NCBI GenBank assembly: GCA_040005235.1
Contig: JBDTZG010000089.1
Location: 1 to 16,736 of the forward strand
Source: Acidobacteriota bacterium
Lineage (GTDB): Bacteria > Acidobacteriota > Thermoanaerobaculia > Multivoradales > UBA5704
DNA: 16,736 bases
Direction of reading: 5' to 3'
Shown here piece after piece: positions 7,372-16,519 of the stretch. Each line of letters begins with the position of its first letter. The first letter of the stretch is position 1. A model generated the notes under the pieces. That model was not told the origin of the DNA. It made no database searches and was given only the letters and a program-made list of their open reading frames with translations. The translations under genes were made by a program, and so were the position numbers.

Positions 7372-8211
7372 ATGCGGAACGGAAGCATGAAGTTTGCCCT
7401 GGCCTTGTCTTGCGGTGTATTGACGCTCGCCTCCATCGCCGTGAATGCGGCAAGCAGGAACCCGATCGTCTACACCCCGGCTCGCGGGCACGAATCGAAA
7501 GTCGTCAGGGCCGTGAACCTGACCTATCACGGCGGACCGGTCATCACTTCGGCCAAGGTGGTCTACATCTTCTGGGGCGCCGACTTCTGCACCGGGGGCG
7601 TCGATCACACCTACGCCACGACCCTCCAGGCCTACCGGAACCAGTTCGGCACGACCCCGGAGTACAACACCATCACGCAGTACTCGGGCATCGCGCTCGC
7701 GAACCTCGGTACCGGCAGCCCCGACCTGTTCGATTGTACGAACCCGGTGGCCAAGGTGACCGACGCCAAGGTCCAGACCAAGGTCAATTCGTACATCGCC
7801 TCGTTCGGCTTCAACGCCAGCACGATCTACGAAGTGGTCATCCCGCGGGCCTCGTACTCGTCGAGCGGCGGCAGCAGCTCCTGCGGCGGACCGCACCTCT
7901 CTTACTGCGCGTACCACAGCTGGATCGGCTCCGGCACCGGCGCCACGAAGTACTCCATCCAGCCCTATCCGAGCTGCTCCGGCTGCCAGGTTGCGGGTTG
8001 GACCTCGGTCCAAAACCAGGAGCACTTCGTTTGCCACGAAACCCGCGAAGCGGTGACCGACCCGACCGGCCTCGGCTGGTTCGACTCCTCGGGCGCGGAA
8101 GCCGACGACAAGTGCGCCTGGACCCCCTCGCCGTTCATCGGCACGGGCGGCTACGGCTACCAGTACCAGTGGTCGAACGCGGCAAGCGGCTGCGTGAAGA
8201 CCGTTCCCTGA
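7372..8211 (+). CDS. secreted Cys-rich PHI-1/EXORDIUM-like (phosphate-induced protein 1 family) protein
   Basis: GGAGG (7358-7362) precedes ATG 7372 (alternative start 7387). Sec signal peptide. Motifs LTYHGGPVI, IFWG, YCAYHS, HETREAVTDP, GW.D..G.E..DKCAW match this family. Confidence 0.82.
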   Translation: MRNGSMKFALALSCGVLTLASIAVNAASRNPIVYTPARGHESKVVRAVNLTYHGGPVITSAKVVYIFWGADFCTGGVDHTYATTLQAYRNQFGTTPEYNTITQYSGIALANLGTGSPDLFDCTNPVAKVTDAKVQTKVNSYIASFGFNASTIYEVVIPRASYSSSGGSSSCGGPHLSYCAYHSWIGSGTGATKYSIQPYPSCSGCQVAGWTSVQNQEHFVCHETREAVTDPTGLGWFDSSGAEADDKCAWTPSPFIGTGGYGYQYQWSNAASGCVKTVP

Positions 8212-8237
8212 ATTCGGCCACGTCTTGTTAGGAACAG

Positions 8238-8264
8238 AAGCCCCGGCGAAGGCCGGGGCTTTTT
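8238..8264 (+). terminator. Rho-independent terminator, possibly bidirectional
   Basis: AAGCCCCGGC-gaag-GCCGGGGCTT followed by TTT, 27 nt after the stop at 8211 and between convergent genes. Confidence 0.85.
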
Positions 8265-8310
8265 AGTACCCCTCCGAGGGCCGTGGCGAGATCCATTTTG
8301 TGCTCCTGCT

Positions 8311-8901
8311 TCAGGCCGACCCATAGGTCATCTTGACTCTCTTCGATACCGATAGGTAGGCAATCCAAAAGACACCGCCCTGCATTGTGTCCGCAAGTGG
8401 AAAGGAGGGAAACCAACCCGGAGACTTGAAGTAAAACGCCTGCAACAAGCTGATCGTCATCGCGAGGAGAAACAGCGCCTTGGCGTACTCTGGAGCCAGG
8501 CGATGTTTGGTGAGGAGGAGCACGAAGGTCGCCAGGCCGAAGAGGCCGAAGCCTCCTGTGAGGAATGCGAACGCCCACTCTACCGGCGGCGGATGCCTTA
8601 GGGACTTGGCTGCACCGAACAGGGCGAAGGAGGAGTTGATCAAGATGATCAGCACCAGGAGGAGAAGCCATCCTTTGATGCCTGTCAACCGCTGCAAATC
8701 GCGCCCTTGCAAGTCCGCAGCGACAACTTCCAAATCGCGCCGCTCGACGACCGGATGGTTTCGCGCCGCCAACTCCTCTTCGATCAGAGCCAACGCCTCC
8801 GGCGTGTAGCCGTTCCAGTCGAACCTTACGGCGCGAATCAGTTCTTCGGTTTCCCACGCTCGGTAGCGTGCCACCCTCTCTTCACGATCGGCCTCCGTCA
8901 T
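8311..8901 (-). CDS. DUF2569-like membrane protein with a short N-terminal helical domain
   Basis: GGGGAGGAG RBS precedes ATG 8901. 'GIKGWLLL' at the first TM and C-terminal 'WIAYLSVSKRVKMTY' are characteristic of DUF2569. About 4 TM segments. Confidence 0.8.
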   Translation of the reverse strand: MTEADREERVARYRAWETEELIRAVRFDWNGYTPEALALIEEELAARNHPVVERRDLEVVAADLQGRDLQRLTGIKGWLLLLVLIILINSSFALFGAAKSLRHPPPVEWAFAFLTGGFGLFGLATFVLLLTKHRLAPEYAKALFLLAMTISLLQAFYFKSPGWFPSFPLADTMQGGVFWIAYLSVSKRVKMTYGSA

Positions 8902-9040
8902 GGTCCACTCCTCCCCCGTCGCTTGGCGCCCGAAGGACCCGCGACGCAATTCCTACAGAAACCGGACGGAGGAGTTGTGTTGAGGCCCTGGTGGTTTTGC
9001 GCCCGGGCATCCATTTCGCCAGGCCCCCGAACATGCAAGA

Positions 9041-9067
9041 CGCGGGCGGCACGCCTTGCCGCCCGCG
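9041..9067 (-). terminator. GC-rich hairpin downstream of the ferritin-like gene
   Basis: CGCGGGCGGCA-cgcct-TGCCGCCCGCG is an 11-bp perfect stem, with a weak T-tract (TCTTG) on the minus strand. Confidence 0.5.
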
Positions 9068-9112
9068 ATTTCGGCGGGGCAATTTCTTCTCGGGCCGCGG
9101 CGAGGGCGCCGC

Positions 9113-9655
9113 TCAGGCCCGCTCGTTCGCCTTGGTTACGTCGGGGACGTCCTCGCCGAGGGCTGTGGCGAGGTCCATCTGGTGCTCTTGCTCCTGCTTC
9201 AGGATCTCGCGGAGGTGCTCGGAGAGGGCGTATTCCCCCAGCTGTTCGGCCTGGCGGACGCGCTCGCGGTAGTTGCGGATCGTCTCGTTCTCGTTGGCGA
9301 GGTCGAAGCGCAGCATGTCGGTAGCCTTGTCCGAAGTCTTGACCGGCTTCGGCGTCACCGTCGGCATGCCGCCCAGGTAATCGATCTGCTTGGCGATCTC
9401 GATCGCATGAGCCAGCTCTTCCCCGGCATGGACTTCGAGCTCCTTGGCGATCGTCATGTAGGCGGCCCCTTTGAGGACCTGCGAGTAGACGACATAGGCG
9501 ATGATCGCCTGGAATTCGCGGGCGAGGTCCTCGTTCAGCAGCTCGACCATCCGCTTGCGGGTGATCGGGGCTTCGGTCTTCTTGTCTGGCGTGGGCGCAG
9601 ATTTCGCGATTTTAGCGGGCTTGGCGGGCTTGGCGGGCTTGTTCTTCGTGGGCAC
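9113..9655 (-). CDS. ferritin-like di-iron protein (bacterioferritin-related) with Lys/Pro/Ala-rich N-terminal extension
   Basis: AGAGGAGGAG precedes GTG 9655. Ferroxidase-type ligands in 'LNEDLAREFQAIIAY', 'EELAHA', 'ENETIRNY', 'EQEH'; also 'IDYLGGMP'. Confidence 0.92.
   Translation of the reverse strand: MPTKNKPAKPAKPAKIAKSAPTPDKKTEAPITRKRMVELLNEDLAREFQAIIAYVVYSQVLKGAAYMTIAKELEVHAGEELAHAIEIAKQIDYLGGMPTVTPKPVKTSDKATDMLRFDLANENETIRNYRERVRQAEQLGEYALSEHLREILKQEQEHQMDLATALGEDVPDVTKANERA
9614..9640 (-). repeat. in-frame 9-bp tandem repeat encoding (KPA)x3
   Basis: Minus strand reads aagcccgcc aagcccgcc aagcccgct. Confidence 0.8.
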
Positions 9656-9736
9656 GGTGGCTCCTCCTCTGAAGAGAGCATAGCTGCAAGATCCTCTCCG
9701 GTGCATTCCGCTTAAGCGATCCGCCCGTCGAGCCGC

Positions 9737-10645
9737 CTACCGGTTGTCCGGTGCCTCGGTCGCTCCTTGAGCGCCCTGCATCAGCCGCACGTATCCGTCT
9801 TCGAGGCTCGGCCGGGCGGGCTCCGCGGCAGGAAAGCCTTTCGGCCGCGGCCCCACCAACCGATATTGGATGCCGTCGGCGAGATGCAGCATCGAAACGA
9901 TGGCGAGCCCCGGCTCCGGTTCTTCGAGGCGCTGGCTCGTTGCGCTCCAGACGTGACCTTCGGCCGCTTCGAGCAACTGCGCGGGGCTGCCGCGAAAGAG
10001 GATTTTTCCGCGAGCGAGCACCGCAAGATCGCGACAGGTCTGCCCGATGTCCTCGACGATGTGAGTAGAAAGAATCACTGTCCGATCCGCTGCCAGATGA
10101 ACCAAAAGGTTGCGAAAGCGAATGCGCTCCTCCGGATCGAGGCCCGCCGTGGGCTCATCGACGATCAGGAGCCGCGGATCGTTCACCAGGGCTTGGGCGA
10201 TTCCCACGCGGCGCTTCATGCCGCCCGAGAACCCTTTGATCTTCCGGTCGGCCGCAGGGCCAAGCGCCACCATTTCCAGAACCTTTGCGACGCGCCGGGC
10301 TCGCTCGCGCGGCTCGTCCAGGCCTTTGAGGATCGCCATGTAATCGACGAACTGCGCGGCGGAAAGCTCAGGGTACATCCCGAGATCCTGCGGCAGGTAC
10401 CCCAGGATCGATTTGACCCCCCGCTTGCCGCTCTCCGTCCGGAGGTCGTGCCCGGCGACGCGGAGGGTTCCGCCGCTCGGGTTTACGATCCCCGCGAGAA
10501 TGCGCATCAGCGTGGTCTTCCCCGCCCCGTTCGGTCCGAGCAGGCCGAACATTCCGGAGGGAATCTGAAGGTCGATGCCCGACAGGGCGCGGGCGGCTTT
10601 CTTGCCGCGGCCATAGGTCTTGGTGAGACCGGTGATTTCGATCAC
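9737..10645 (-). CDS. ABC transporter ATP-binding protein (exporter type)
   Basis: Walker A GPNGAGKTT, signature FSGGMKRR, Walker B LLIVDEPT, H-loop STH. GGGAG precedes GTG 10645. Confidence 0.96.
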   Translation of the reverse strand: MIEITGLTKTYGRGKKAARALSGIDLQIPSGMFGLLGPNGAGKTTLMRILAGIVNPSGGTLRVAGHDLRTESGKRGVKSILGYLPQDLGMYPELSAAQFVDYMAILKGLDEPRERARRVAKVLEMVALGPAADRKIKGFSGGMKRRVGIAQALVNDPRLLIVDEPTAGLDPEERIRFRNLLVHLAADRTVILSTHIVEDIGQTCRDLAVLARGKILFRGSPAQLLEAAEGHVWSATSQRLEEPEPGLAIVSMLHLADGIQYRLVGPRPKGFPAAEPARPSLEDGYVRLMQGAQGATEAPDNR

Positions 10646-10659
10646 TGGAGGCTCCCGAT

Positions 10660-11319
10660 CTAAAGGTAACGTTCTTGACGGCGCAGCAGCACAGAGGAGA
10701 GGCCGAGCAGGATCACCGCCCCCGCCAGAAGCACGCTTTGATTCGCGACCAGATCCCGGTGGCTGGGGGAAAAAACGCCCATGAAGAGAAACAGGTACCG
10801 GGCGTTCGTTTCGAACCATCCCTTCATCATCAATTGCACCAGCCAGACCCCGCCGACGCCAAAGGCGCCCGTCAGGGTCTGCGCCCCGGCTAGAGATCCG
10901 GCGCAACCCAAAGCCATCAGCGCGAGCGTCGGCACCAACCAGACGAGCTGAACGCCGAAGAACCCGCCGAGCGGAGAGAGGCCGACACCGAGCGCCCGGG
11001 CGAAGAGTTGAAAGCCCAGCGCGCAGGCGAGCTCAACCGCCAGAATCAACCCCAGCCGAGCGGCGAGCGTCCGCTCCGCCCGCACCGGGGTCGAGAAGCG
11101 CAACTCCATCGCCGGGTCGTCCAGGACGGCGTAGGCGGCGAGAATGCCGCCGATCAACGGCACGATGAACCCGAGATAAGCTCGCGCGATGCCGTAGCGG
11201 ATGGCAGGGTTAGGGAGGATCGAGAGGATCACGACAAAGAGCGCCAGAAACGCCAGAGGAAACCACAACGCATCGCGCCGGTAGGTGAGCCACGAGTACT
11301 TCCACGCCGCGCTCTTCAT
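10660..11319 (-). CDS. ABC-2 type transporter permease
   Basis: 219 aa, about 6 TM helices, cytoplasmic 'ELRFSTPV...ARL' loop, adjacent to the ABC ATPase. Confidence 0.8.
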   Translation of the reverse strand: MKSAAWKYSWLTYRRDALWFPLAFLALFVVILSILPNPAIRYGIARAYLGFIVPLIGGILAAYAVLDDPAMELRFSTPVRAERTLAARLGLILAVELACALGFQLFARALGVGLSPLGGFFGVQLVWLVPTLALMALGCAGSLAGAQTLTGAFGVGGVWLVQLMMKGWFETNARYLFLFMGVFSPSHRDLVANQSVLLAGAVILLGLSSVLLRRQERYL

Positions 11320-11329
11320 CGACGAACCC

Positions 11330-12124
11330 TCAAGCGCGCTCCGAGCGAAATTTGAGCAGGCGTTCGAGCAGCACCAGGACCGCCAGAATCGCCAACGCCA
11401 AAACCCCCAGGTTCAGCCAGGCCTGAACCGGAGTGAAGCGCGCCGCCCCCTGGATCGAAAGGGACGCGGGGACGCCGAAGAACGCCTGGAGAGCAAAGAT
11501 GCCGCTCGGCGTGAGCAGCGTGCCGTTCAAAGTAGGAAAAAGAGCCGGAGGGATGAAGTTGGCCCAGAACCAATAGCCGACGAACAGGATCTGGTAGACG
11601 GGAAGCGGCATCACCATCGGGCAGGCGAACGAAAACGCTACGACGAAGGCGAACGCAGGAACGGTAATCGAAAGGAACGCGGCCGGCAGCGCAATGAGAA
11701 TGGCGGCATCGGAGCGACCGAGAGCCGTCATCGCGAGCCCGATCGCCATCACCCAGAGAAGCACCGGGAAGAGCGACGACGCGAGAGCGCCGAAGTATTT
11801 CGCCCCGACATAGCTTGAACGGGAAAGCGGGGTGCTCTCCTGAAGCTCTCGCACCCCAAGCCGAACGTCACGACGCATCCGATCGGCCGACAGAATCCCG
11901 GCCACCACCGGAAAGAACACGTTGACCGCGACCAGGAACCGGCCGGCCACCGGCCAGACCTGGGCGCGCGAGATCACCTCACCTCGGATCATCTCCCCCA
12001 GGGGAGGAGGAGAAAACAGCAGCACGGTATAGAAGGCGAACAGCAACCCGTAGGCGACCCACAGTGCCTTGCGGCGAAGCGACATGCCAATTTCATGACG
12101 AAGGGCTCCAGTCCAGCGGGGCAT
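11330..12124 (-). CDS. ABC-2 type transporter permease
   Basis: 264 aa, about 6 TM helices, motif 'RRD...GVRELQESTPLSRSSYVGAKYFG'. GGAG precedes the ATG. Confidence 0.85.
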   Translation of the reverse strand: MPRWTGALRHEIGMSLRRKALWVAYGLLFAFYTVLLFSPPPLGEMIRGEVISRAQVWPVAGRFLVAVNVFFPVVAGILSADRMRRDVRLGVRELQESTPLSRSSYVGAKYFGALASSLFPVLLWVMAIGLAMTALGRSDAAILIALPAAFLSITVPAFAFVVAFSFACPMVMPLPVYQILFVGYWFWANFIPPALFPTLNGTLLTPSGIFALQAFFGVPASLSIQGAARFTPVQAWLNLGVLALAILAVLVLLERLLKFRSERA

Positions 12125-12255
12125 CCGAAATCTCCAGGAAAGAATCGCCGTCTGCGGCTGGAGGTCTAACGACGGCAGGGGCCGATTCTTACCCGGGCTC
12201 GGCCGATCGTCCGCGCAGGGGCGCCCAAGAGCTTACGGTGGGGGCTAGGCCCTTC

Positions 12256-13881
12256 TCACCCGCGCTGCTTCCCGCCTTCCAGCCGGCGAATCAGCTCGGC
12301 GTCCTGTTTGTAGACGTCGCGTCCGAAACGGAGGACGCCGTCGTCGCCCGCCCAAGCGGTCCAGTAGCCGATGTGAACCGGCACGGCCTCAGAAAGCGTC
12401 ACCTGCTTTTCCTTGCCGGTGTCGAGCCGCTCGCGAATCGCTTCGGGGGTCCACTCGGGATCATTGCGCAACGCCCAGACCGCCAGATCGAATGGGTTTT
12501 CGACCCGGACGCAGCCGTGGCTCAAGGCGCGAAACTCGCGGCTGAACAGCGTCCGCGTCGGCGTGTCGTGCAGGTAGACGCCGTACCGGCTGGGGAAGAC
12601 GAACTTGAACTGACCCAAGGCGTTGCTCGGCCCCGGCTTTTGGCGCAGCCGATCTTCCGACAACGACACATACCCCAGCCGGGTGAGGAAGGTGGGATCC
12701 CTCTGGGCCTTCGGCAGGATCTCTCGGTCGAGAATCTTCTTCGGCACGTACCAGGACGGGTTGAGCTGAATGGCTTTCATCGAGCTGTTGAGCGTCGGAG
12801 TGCTGGTGTCCCCCGGCTTTCCGACGATCACCCGCAGGCTGAGGACGGAACGGTCTTCTTCCATGGCGTCCAGCCGAAACGCCGGAATGTTGACTCGCAC
12901 GTAGCGCGCCCCAAGATCGGAAGGTAGCCAGCGCCACCGCTCCAGATTGGCCTCGATCTGCTGGATGTGATCCTCCGAGGACCGATTGAGCTCGGCAAGT
13001 ATTGCTGCCCCGGCGATGCCATCTTCCGCAAATCCGTTGCGCGCTTGAAACTGGCGAACGGCCTGAGCCAGAGGCTCATCGAACAGGTCTGGGTTCGGGG
13101 ATGGCGGCGGCAGCTCGGCGCCCGCGCTTAAGGCGGCCGCGTAGAGCCGCTCGCGCAATTGGATGACCCGCTCACCCCGGCCGCCGATTTCGAGACTCCG
13201 ACCCGCTGCAATCAGCGCGGGATCGCCACGCCGGGCCTGATCGCGATAGCGCACCAGCGCCTCGCGCAAGAGGAGATAGGAACGCTCCGAGGGCACGAAT
13301 CCGGCGAGCGCGGTGCGAACCCGGGTGGCTCCGAGCGCCGCTTCGAGAATCGCGGCGGGATCGCTGTCGGTCGTTGTCGGAAGGCATTCGGACGCCTTGG
13401 CTTTGCTCACTTTCGGCGCATCCGGATTGAGTCGGCCGTTGCCCAAATCCGAAGCGAAGGAAAAGAACGCATCGGTCAGCAGCAGGTCCAACTCGGCCCG
13501 CTCGGGCGCATCCGACCCTCGGCGAACCTCATCGGCACGACTTCGAAGAGCCGTGAACCGATAGTCCTCCGGGCGGAGCCCCTCGTCCGCCGCAACTTGA
13601 AGCGCCAAAAGCAACTGGTCGGCGACCGGAAGCAGATGGTTCTCGGCGCTCCAAGCCGGCAAAAAGCTCCGGCGTTGGTAGAAACAGACGAGCTCGGAAG
13701 CGGCTGGAAACGTCTGATCGCCGAGCGCCAGGCGGAGCGGTTCAGCGGTGGCAAATCGGTCGCGCAGGAGGTTCGTCACCGGATCGACAGACTCGACCGC
13801 CGGGGCCGCGGGAACAAGAGCCGGAGGAGGGCTCGGGAAGGCGCTCGAAAGGAGGACGAGGAGCCAGAGTAGGTAGCGCAT
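12256..13881 (-). CDS. ldtD: murein L,D-transpeptidase YcbB/LdtD family (scaffold + peptidoglycan-binding + YkuD domains)
   Basis: Signal peptide; scaffold 'FYQRRSFLPAW...EGLRPEDY'; PG-binding 'AVRQFQARNGFAEDGIAG'; 'NLERWRWLP'; 'VNIPAF'; catalytic 'YLHDTP...SHGCVRV'; 'FGRDVY'. Confidence 0.95.
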   Translation of the reverse strand: MRYLLWLLVLLSSAFPSPPPALVPAAPAVESVDPVTNLLRDRFATAEPLRLALGDQTFPAASELVCFYQRRSFLPAWSAENHLLPVADQLLLALQVAADEGLRPEDYRFTALRSRADEVRRGSDAPERAELDLLLTDAFFSFASDLGNGRLNPDAPKVSKAKASECLPTTTDSDPAAILEAALGATRVRTALAGFVPSERSYLLLREALVRYRDQARRGDPALIAAGRSLEIGGRGERVIQLRERLYAAALSAGAELPPPSPNPDLFDEPLAQAVRQFQARNGFAEDGIAGAAILAELNRSSEDHIQQIEANLERWRWLPSDLGARYVRVNIPAFRLDAMEEDRSVLSLRVIVGKPGDTSTPTLNSSMKAIQLNPSWYVPKKILDREILPKAQRDPTFLTRLGYVSLSEDRLRQKPGPSNALGQFKFVFPSRYGVYLHDTPTRTLFSREFRALSHGCVRVENPFDLAVWALRNDPEWTPEAIRERLDTGKEKQVTLSEAVPVHIGYWTAWAGDDGVLRFGRDVYKQDAELIRRLEGGKQRG

Positions 13882-14143
13882 GATGAGGTGGGTAAAGGCA
13901 AAAGTTGTGCCCGATAGGGCAAGTCAAGAAATTTGGGCGTCCCCGACCGCGGGTTGGGATTCTTAAAGGGCTTCGTGCGCCTCCTGCCCGTTACAAGCGG
14001 CGGAACGCCGGATCGGCCCTGCGCATAAAGACACGGATTGCTGGAATGCGTTGAGCATCGACCGGCGCGCCCGACGTCTACCGTTTGCAAATCGCTTTGC
14101 CACCTGGCACTCTGGCGACTTGAAGCTCAGATGGAGAGTTCTC

Positions 14144-15880
14144 ATGTCTACCCGAACCGAGAAATTCAACCGGCTTGCGATCGGCTCCGAGTGCCATACG
14201 TCGTGGGACGCGATGCAAGGGAACGACCGCCGAAGGTTCTGCGCCGAGTGTCAGCGCGACGTTCTCGACTTCGAGCGGTTGACGCCAAGAGAGATCAGCG
14301 CCCACCTCGAAGCGAGCCACGGCCGGCTCTGCGCCCGCCTGACGCGCACCGGCGGGCGGCTCTCCGTCTTCGAGCCCGTCGAGCCGTTGGATCCCCTCCG
14401 GCCTTCGACACCGCGTCGAGCGTCCTCGGTCGCGGCCGCCCTCCTCGCCGCAGGCCTTGGCTTCGGAGTCGGATCGGCGCAGACCGATCCCGGCGCCCCG
14501 ACAGCCGGAATCGGCACCCGGCCTAGCCAGCCCGACGAGGACTTCCTCGAAGCGACGCCGGACGCGAAAGTCTCCGCCGACTCCGCACTGACCGGAGCGT
14601 TGACCGGAAAGATCACCGACGAGAACGGCGAGCCGCTTGCGGGCGCTGAAATCGTCGTGCGGAATGCGAAGGATCAACGCCAATACACCGCGATCACCCG
14701 GAAAAACGGGGACTTCCGGCTCGCTGCTCTTCCGACCGGGATCTACGACCTCGTGGCGAAGCTTGATGGGTTCCAGACGATCGCGGTCAACGATGTCATC
14801 CTCGATTCCGGACGGGTAAAGCGGCTCAACATTGAAACCCAAGTCGATCCCGAATTCATTACCCTGGGGGATGTCCGGATCAATCCGGAAGCGCTACGCA
14901 AGGTGTTCGCCGAGAGCGATCTGGTCCTCGCGGCGGTGGCCGGCCCCTCCCGCATCCTAGAAATCAAGGGCTCGCTCGCCGAGGTGGCAACAGAGCTTAA
15001 GATCGAGTCGCTGATCCGAGGGAGGGTCTCGGAACGTAGCGTGACCTACGGCCATGCGGTCTACCTCAATCAGGACGGAACGCCCTCCAACGATCTCAAG
15101 CCGGGAACGAGAGTTCTGGCGTTCCTCGATCGAGCCCAGGAGGTGGGATCTCAAGGTGAGCCCACCTACGAATCCCTGGACCATGGTTTCGGAATCAAAA
15201 AGCTGGACGACACCGAACGGGCCGCCTATCTCCAACGGCTCGGAGCGCTCGTCAACCTCGAAGCCCAGTTCGGGCGCCGAGAAGATGTCGATTCGGTCGC
15301 GCTGATGGAGTGGCTGGTGGGAACGGCCGAGAGTCCCCAGACCCAGAAAGAGGCGATCGGCGAGATTCAAGACGCCGTGGAGGCGCTCAGAAAATTCGCG
15401 GAGCGGGAAGGGACGACTTTCGGCGTCGCGACCAGCAACCTTCGGGCCGCCGCCGACCGCTTCGGAATCGAAGGGGATCGGCCCGCTCTCCTCGCCGCGT
15501 CCCTTACCGGGGGACAAAAGAAACGTCTCGAAACGATTCTCCACACCACGAAAGGCCTGGATGGCGAGGCCCTCCCCCTGTTCGGCATCGTACGGGCGTG
15601 GAACCCGGACGTCGCGACGACCTGGCTCGTCCTCCAGCTGCGGACCACCGAGCCGGACTATGGGTACGAGCAATGGCGACTGTTCAATCTCGCGACCACC
15701 CTCGGGGATCCGAACCTCATCGCTCTCAGCGACGCGGCGATCGTCCAAGCCCGGGGAATCGAAACGCTCTGGCCCGACGACCGGACGGCACAAACCGCGG
15801 AACTCCGCCACGAGAACCTCGTCGAGCTAACCACCAAGCTGCGGCAGGACTTCGTAGAAGGACTCCTGAGGCTGCGTTAA
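14144..15880 (+). CDS. membrane-anchored/secreted protein with N-terminal Cys-cluster domain and carboxypeptidase regulatory-like (beta-sandwich) domain
   Basis: GGAGAG precedes ATG 14144. N-terminal 'C..SWDAM.G....RFC.EC...V.DF...T..EI........LCARL'; hydrophobic segment VAAALLAAGLGFGVGSA; 'LTGKITDENGEPLAGAEIVV...T..NGDFRL..LPTGIYDL.A...GF'. Confidence 0.85.
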   Translation: MSTRTEKFNRLAIGSECHTSWDAMQGNDRRRFCAECQRDVLDFERLTPREISAHLEASHGRLCARLTRTGGRLSVFEPVEPLDPLRPSTPRRASSVAAALLAAGLGFGVGSAQTDPGAPTAGIGTRPSQPDEDFLEATPDAKVSADSALTGALTGKITDENGEPLAGAEIVVRNAKDQRQYTAITRKNGDFRLAALPTGIYDLVAKLDGFQTIAVNDVILDSGRVKRLNIETQVDPEFITLGDVRINPEALRKVFAESDLVLAAVAGPSRILEIKGSLAEVATELKIESLIRGRVSERSVTYGHAVYLNQDGTPSNDLKPGTRVLAFLDRAQEVGSQGEPTYESLDHGFGIKKLDDTERAAYLQRLGALVNLEAQFGRREDVDSVALMEWLVGTAESPQTQKEAIGEIQDAVEALRKFAEREGTTFGVATSNLRAAADRFGIEGDRPALLAASLTGGQKKRLETILHTTKGLDGEALPLFGIVRAWNPDVATTWLVLQLRTTEPDYGYEQWRLFNLATTLGDPNLIALSDAAIVQARGIETLWPDDRTAQTAELRHENLVELTTKLRQDFVEGLLRLR

Positions 15881-15922
15881 CCCGATGGGTCGCAGGCAGT
15901 GCCCGGAAAGCAGCTTTCACCG

Positions 15923-16375
15923 TCAACGCAGCGCCCGCCCCACCACCCGGTCGAGCGCCACGGCGAAGGACTGCCGATCCTTCGGGCCATAGGGGCGCGG
16001 CCCGCCGCCCACCATCCCGGCGCTCCGCAGCTCGGTCATCAGGTCGCGCCCGGCCAGCTTTTCGCCCACGTTGTCTTCGGTGTACTCGTGGCCGCGCGGA
16101 TCGAGGACGAAAACCCCTTTGTCGACCAGCCGCGCAGCGAGCGGAATATCCGCCGTCACCGCGACGTCTCCCGCCTCGGCATGGTCCGCGATGTATTGAT
16201 CCGCCACGTCAAGTCCGCCCGCCACCCGGACCGCCGAGACGTACGGATGATCCCAAGGGGCGGACAGCGGCTGATTGGCGACCAGCAGCGTCTCGACCTT
16301 CAGGCGTCGCGCGAGGCGAAACACCACCTCCTTGACGTCGCGCGGCGCGGCGTCGGCATCGATCCAGAGCTTCAA
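15923..16375 (-). CDS. yaiI: YaiI/YqxD family protein (DUF188, PIN-like fold)
   Basis: GGGAGG precedes TTG 16375. Motifs 'WIDADAAP', 'LVAN', 'DVADQYI', 'GDVAVTADIPLA', 'LDPRG..YT..NV...L..RD.M..LR..G...GGP..Y...DR..FA..LDR'. Confidence 0.93.
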   Translation of the reverse strand: MKLWIDADAAPRDVKEVVFRLARRLKVETLLVANQPLSAPWDHPYVSAVRVAGGLDVADQYIADHAEAGDVAVTADIPLAARLVDKGVFVLDPRGHEYTEDNVGEKLAGRDLMTELRSAGMVGGGPRPYGPKDRQSFAVALDRVVGRALR

Positions 16376-16519
16376 GGGGGAACCTCCCAGTAGCGGTCTT
16401 GGTGGAGCTCGGACACGGCAGCTCCCCGGACGGGAGCATTCTCGCATCTCGCGATGACCTCACGCCCGGCAAACGGACTGAACCCTACGATCCGTACTCA
16501 TTCGCGCTTCTCGAAAGTT

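Noticed and set aside
7110-8231. ORFs 7110..8231(+) and 7342..8037(-), and the 7252 start of the PHI-1-like ORF
   Set aside because: These are shadow frames. RBS and signal peptide place the real start at 7372/7387.
9113-9160. Encapsulin cargo-loading peptide on the ferritin-like protein
   Set aside because: The C-terminus (LGEDVPDVTKANERA) lacks an L-x-(I/V)-G-(S/T)-L motif and no encapsulin gene is present.
16346-16363. YaiI motif DADAAP instead of the commoner DADACP as a sign of inactivation
   Set aside because: The acidic residues and all other family motifs are intact; this is likely ordinary variation.
12064-16393. ORFs 12064..12927(+), 13159..13872(+), 14078..14842(-), 14957..15811(-), 15310..16335(+), 15899..16393(+)
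   Set aside because: They overlap well-supported genes in other frames or strands and have no recognisable motifs.
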